NCBI RefSeq assembly: GCF_001447785.1
Contig: NW_015163613.1
Coordinates: forward strand, 509,794-573,793
Reading direction: 5' to 3'
DNA length: 64,000 nucleotides
From: Gekko japonicus
Lineage: Eukaryota
The notes under the pieces were generated by a model. The model saw only the letters and a program-made list of their open reading frames with translations. It had not been told where the DNA came from and searched no databases. Of this stretch, positions 61,237 to 64,000 are shown piece after piece (within the stretch, counting starts at the first letter, position 1; every line of letters starts with the position of its first letter). The position numbers and the translations under genes were made by a program.

Positions 61237-64000
61237 CTAATTCTGTAGAACAAACATATAACTCATACACATTTTCCATCATTGATCTCTTGATATAATA
61301 CAAAACCCATGTACACCTTCATGCTTGTCCTTTTGATGCTACTATCACATGTTCTGGATTCTCACAGTGTCATTACATATGTTTGTGATGGGCCTGTACA
61401 GCTGTTGAGAGATATCTTCATAGCATATTAAGGTGTGAATTCTGGTAGCCTTAGGGCCAAACTACACCTTCATGTTTTTTACGGAGAAGGATTCAAGTTC
61501 CACAGTCCCAACTCAGGTTCACCACAGCCACACAGCAGCTGCAGAGAATGGCTTTTTTAAAAAAAATAAAAGTGAGCCCAAACAGGCTCAGAATGCCACC
61601 ATGTGGGAAGGAAGGGCTCCTGTCTCCCTCCAAGCTGTTTTCCTGCATGGGGGGGATTATGTACCCTTTTTGGCACTCCGCATGCACTATATACTCCACA
61701 TAGAGCAGCAAAAAACAGGAGAAATTAACCCCCATGTTGTTTCTGCAGTGGAAAAATGGCTTGGGAAGGAATACTGTGCCATTGTGGTGGCATTCCCAGC
61801 CCATTTGAGCTCTCCTTTATTTTTTAAAAAGCCGTTTCCTACAGCTGCATGGCTTCAGAGAACCCACAGGTCAACTGGACCTAATTCTTTAAAATACAAA
61901 TGCTCTCAAACAGTACTGCAAATTGTGGATCTGATCCAAGCTTGGTGTGCACTCTGATACATCTTCATTATGCATAGGCATCTCATTGTTAACATCCACC
62001 ACTAGATTTACTCATATGATGCTGTGTATCAGATAACTAAACATCCATGTGTTGTGTTTCTTAGGTGTACATCTAAGAATTGTTGTAAGTGCACATCTAA
62101 ATTTGTGAAGTGAAAATGTAGCAAGCAGGCTTGGAAACACAAGTACACTAATCAGAGTGCTGGTATTGTTAGTAGCTCTCCGTAGATTATAGACTCAAGA
62201 GCAAACCTGGGTTTCTGGCTTGTGACAGCCTATCCAGTTTTCCAGGACTGAACAAACATCACTTATTAATGGAGAATTATAGTGGGGAGTACTAAAGCAT
62301 GAGAAAATAATGTGATTTTCCTAAAAAAAATTTGCGGACTTAATTTTCAGGCTATACCAGTAATGAGCCAAGCGCAATCAGAACATGAACTAATAACTCT
62401 AGCAAAATTTGCCACACGAAAAGAAACTTCATTCTGTAATAACACATAGACATCAGTATGTAATTGAGAAATGTTTTGGAAAAAGAAGTTATACTTTCTA
62501 GTTGAATAACATTTTTCTTCTTCTTTCCCTTCCTGGAGGAAAATTAGTTTTTGCTTGCAAACCCCCCCCCCCATTTTTTCACATAATATCAATGGCAACA
62601 TGAAATGTGTCATGTCTTTTTCTTTTTTAACAGATCTTCATGCTAAAAGTGTTATGTTCCACTTTAAAAATCGACATTGGTTTCTTTGAAAAAAAATTGC
62701 TTTGAAAGGAACTGCAAAAGATGTGTTGATTCTTCATTCTACTGTTAAAGAATTATGAATGTCTGTGACCAAAACAAAACGAATATTAAAAACAACATTA
62801 AGGCAGTATTTCTTGGTTTCTAAGCCCGGTTTGTGACTTTGTGGAGTTCACTCAAAGCATTTACATTGCTGTAGTTTGTATGAAAATGTTGTTGATTTAC
62901 ATGCATGTGATATCTGCAGGTTACCTGTTAGCCATTCAGTTCATTAAACATTTTCTGTTCTCTGCATTGATTAGTTTGCCAGTCCTACATAAACCGGCAG
63001 AATGACTGAACAGTTACTTTGCTATAAGCTGCTTTGCAGAAGTGTTGATAGCATGCTGCTGCTAAAATTAAATAATCATAAAAGTCAACAGATTAAAACA
63101 TTATCCAAACCACAATAATTAACAAAAGTTTAAAATAAGAAATGGGCATTTAACCTATTGTAAACTCAGATTAAAACATATCAAAACCCTTGCAAAACAG
63201 GTTTTCACTCCTTGCAGAATGCCTGTAATAACTGGACCCAAACACACTCAGAACATAGAGTTTCAGAGCAGTGGCGCAACTATGAAGACAGCCCTGTAAC
63301 TCCAGCCTTCCCTGCTCAATCTGATCTGCCTCATCTGCCTGTGGGCACTGCCTATAACTACTTGGCATTAATTACTGACAGGAAATGTGCCCTCCCTGAT
63401 GTTGTGGCAAGCACTTTTGTTAGAAACTTTGAAGCTGCCATTAGGGACTGTTTTTAAGTACCTAATTTTACCTAGACATGTTTCATGTTTTTATGAATTT
63501 GCCATTTATCTTGTTGCAAGCCACCATGATCCCACTTGTGGGATAGGGTGGGATATAAGCTGAATAAAATAAGTAAATAAAGTAATAATTAAGGGCAGCC
63601 GTGTGTGAAACACGTTGCAGAGGGATTCCCCTATCATCAAAAGAGTAACGATGCAATTACATGACAGATTTGCAATGGGAAATGTCACCACTGGTAGCCA
63701 AAAAACAAAACAAAAACCTTCTCTGTAAGTTTCTAATGGTTACTTAGTTTTATTAATTCTTGGGAAGTAGACAAAATTCCTGTCCTCTAGGTAATAGCTG
63801 TATCTTAGTAATGTAACAAAGGCATGTACTTATGACACAATTATCATGGAGAAATTTAAGAGCTTTTTTCCTTCTGGAGGTGACATTTTCATATTAAAAA
63901 TAATAATGCTAAATTTATCCAAATAGAATGCATTTACTGATTACAGAAATGTGGGTGGAGGAAGAGTGTAAAATGATGAAAAAAGTGATTTTGCTACCAT

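Noticed and set aside
61472-61957. 161-aa ORF downstream of PDZRN4
   Set aside because: It overlaps a MITE-like repeat and has no domain or splice support.
1-64000. CRISPR array or prokaryotic defence system
   Set aside because: The sequence is vertebrate intron/exon DNA with no regularly spaced repeat-spacer array or operon structure.

Overview
This is vertebrate genomic DNA, most likely a squamate and probably a gecko, judged from Squam3-like and 5S-derived SINEs, RTE-BovB, CR1, L2, Penelope and hAT MITEs. The only host gene is the 3' half of PDZRN4 (LNX4) on the + strand. It has four short phase-0 exons (35349-35447, 37676-37738, 47627-47728, 52882-52998), a long terminal coding exon (58803-60332, ending in ...VTTV) and a 3'UTR with AATAAA near 60953. 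Everything upstream of 35349 is read as one large, repeat-rich intron. The centrepiece is a young, full-length Gypsy chromovirus of the Tf1/sushi group (25887-31874; LTRs about 98-99% identical; CTAGT target-site duplication). It has no tRNA primer-binding site. Instead it has an exact 11-nt self-priming pair, a PEG10-type GGGAAAC -1 frameshift site with a stem-loop, a PTAP motif in Gag and an integrase chromodomain. It sits in a ~12 kb nest of elements that also holds an L1 5' half and a solo LTR with its own 90-aa acidic/Arg-rich ORF. Most other ORFs in the supplied track are spurious or TE debris. Family names come from recognised motifs and memory, not from database searches.
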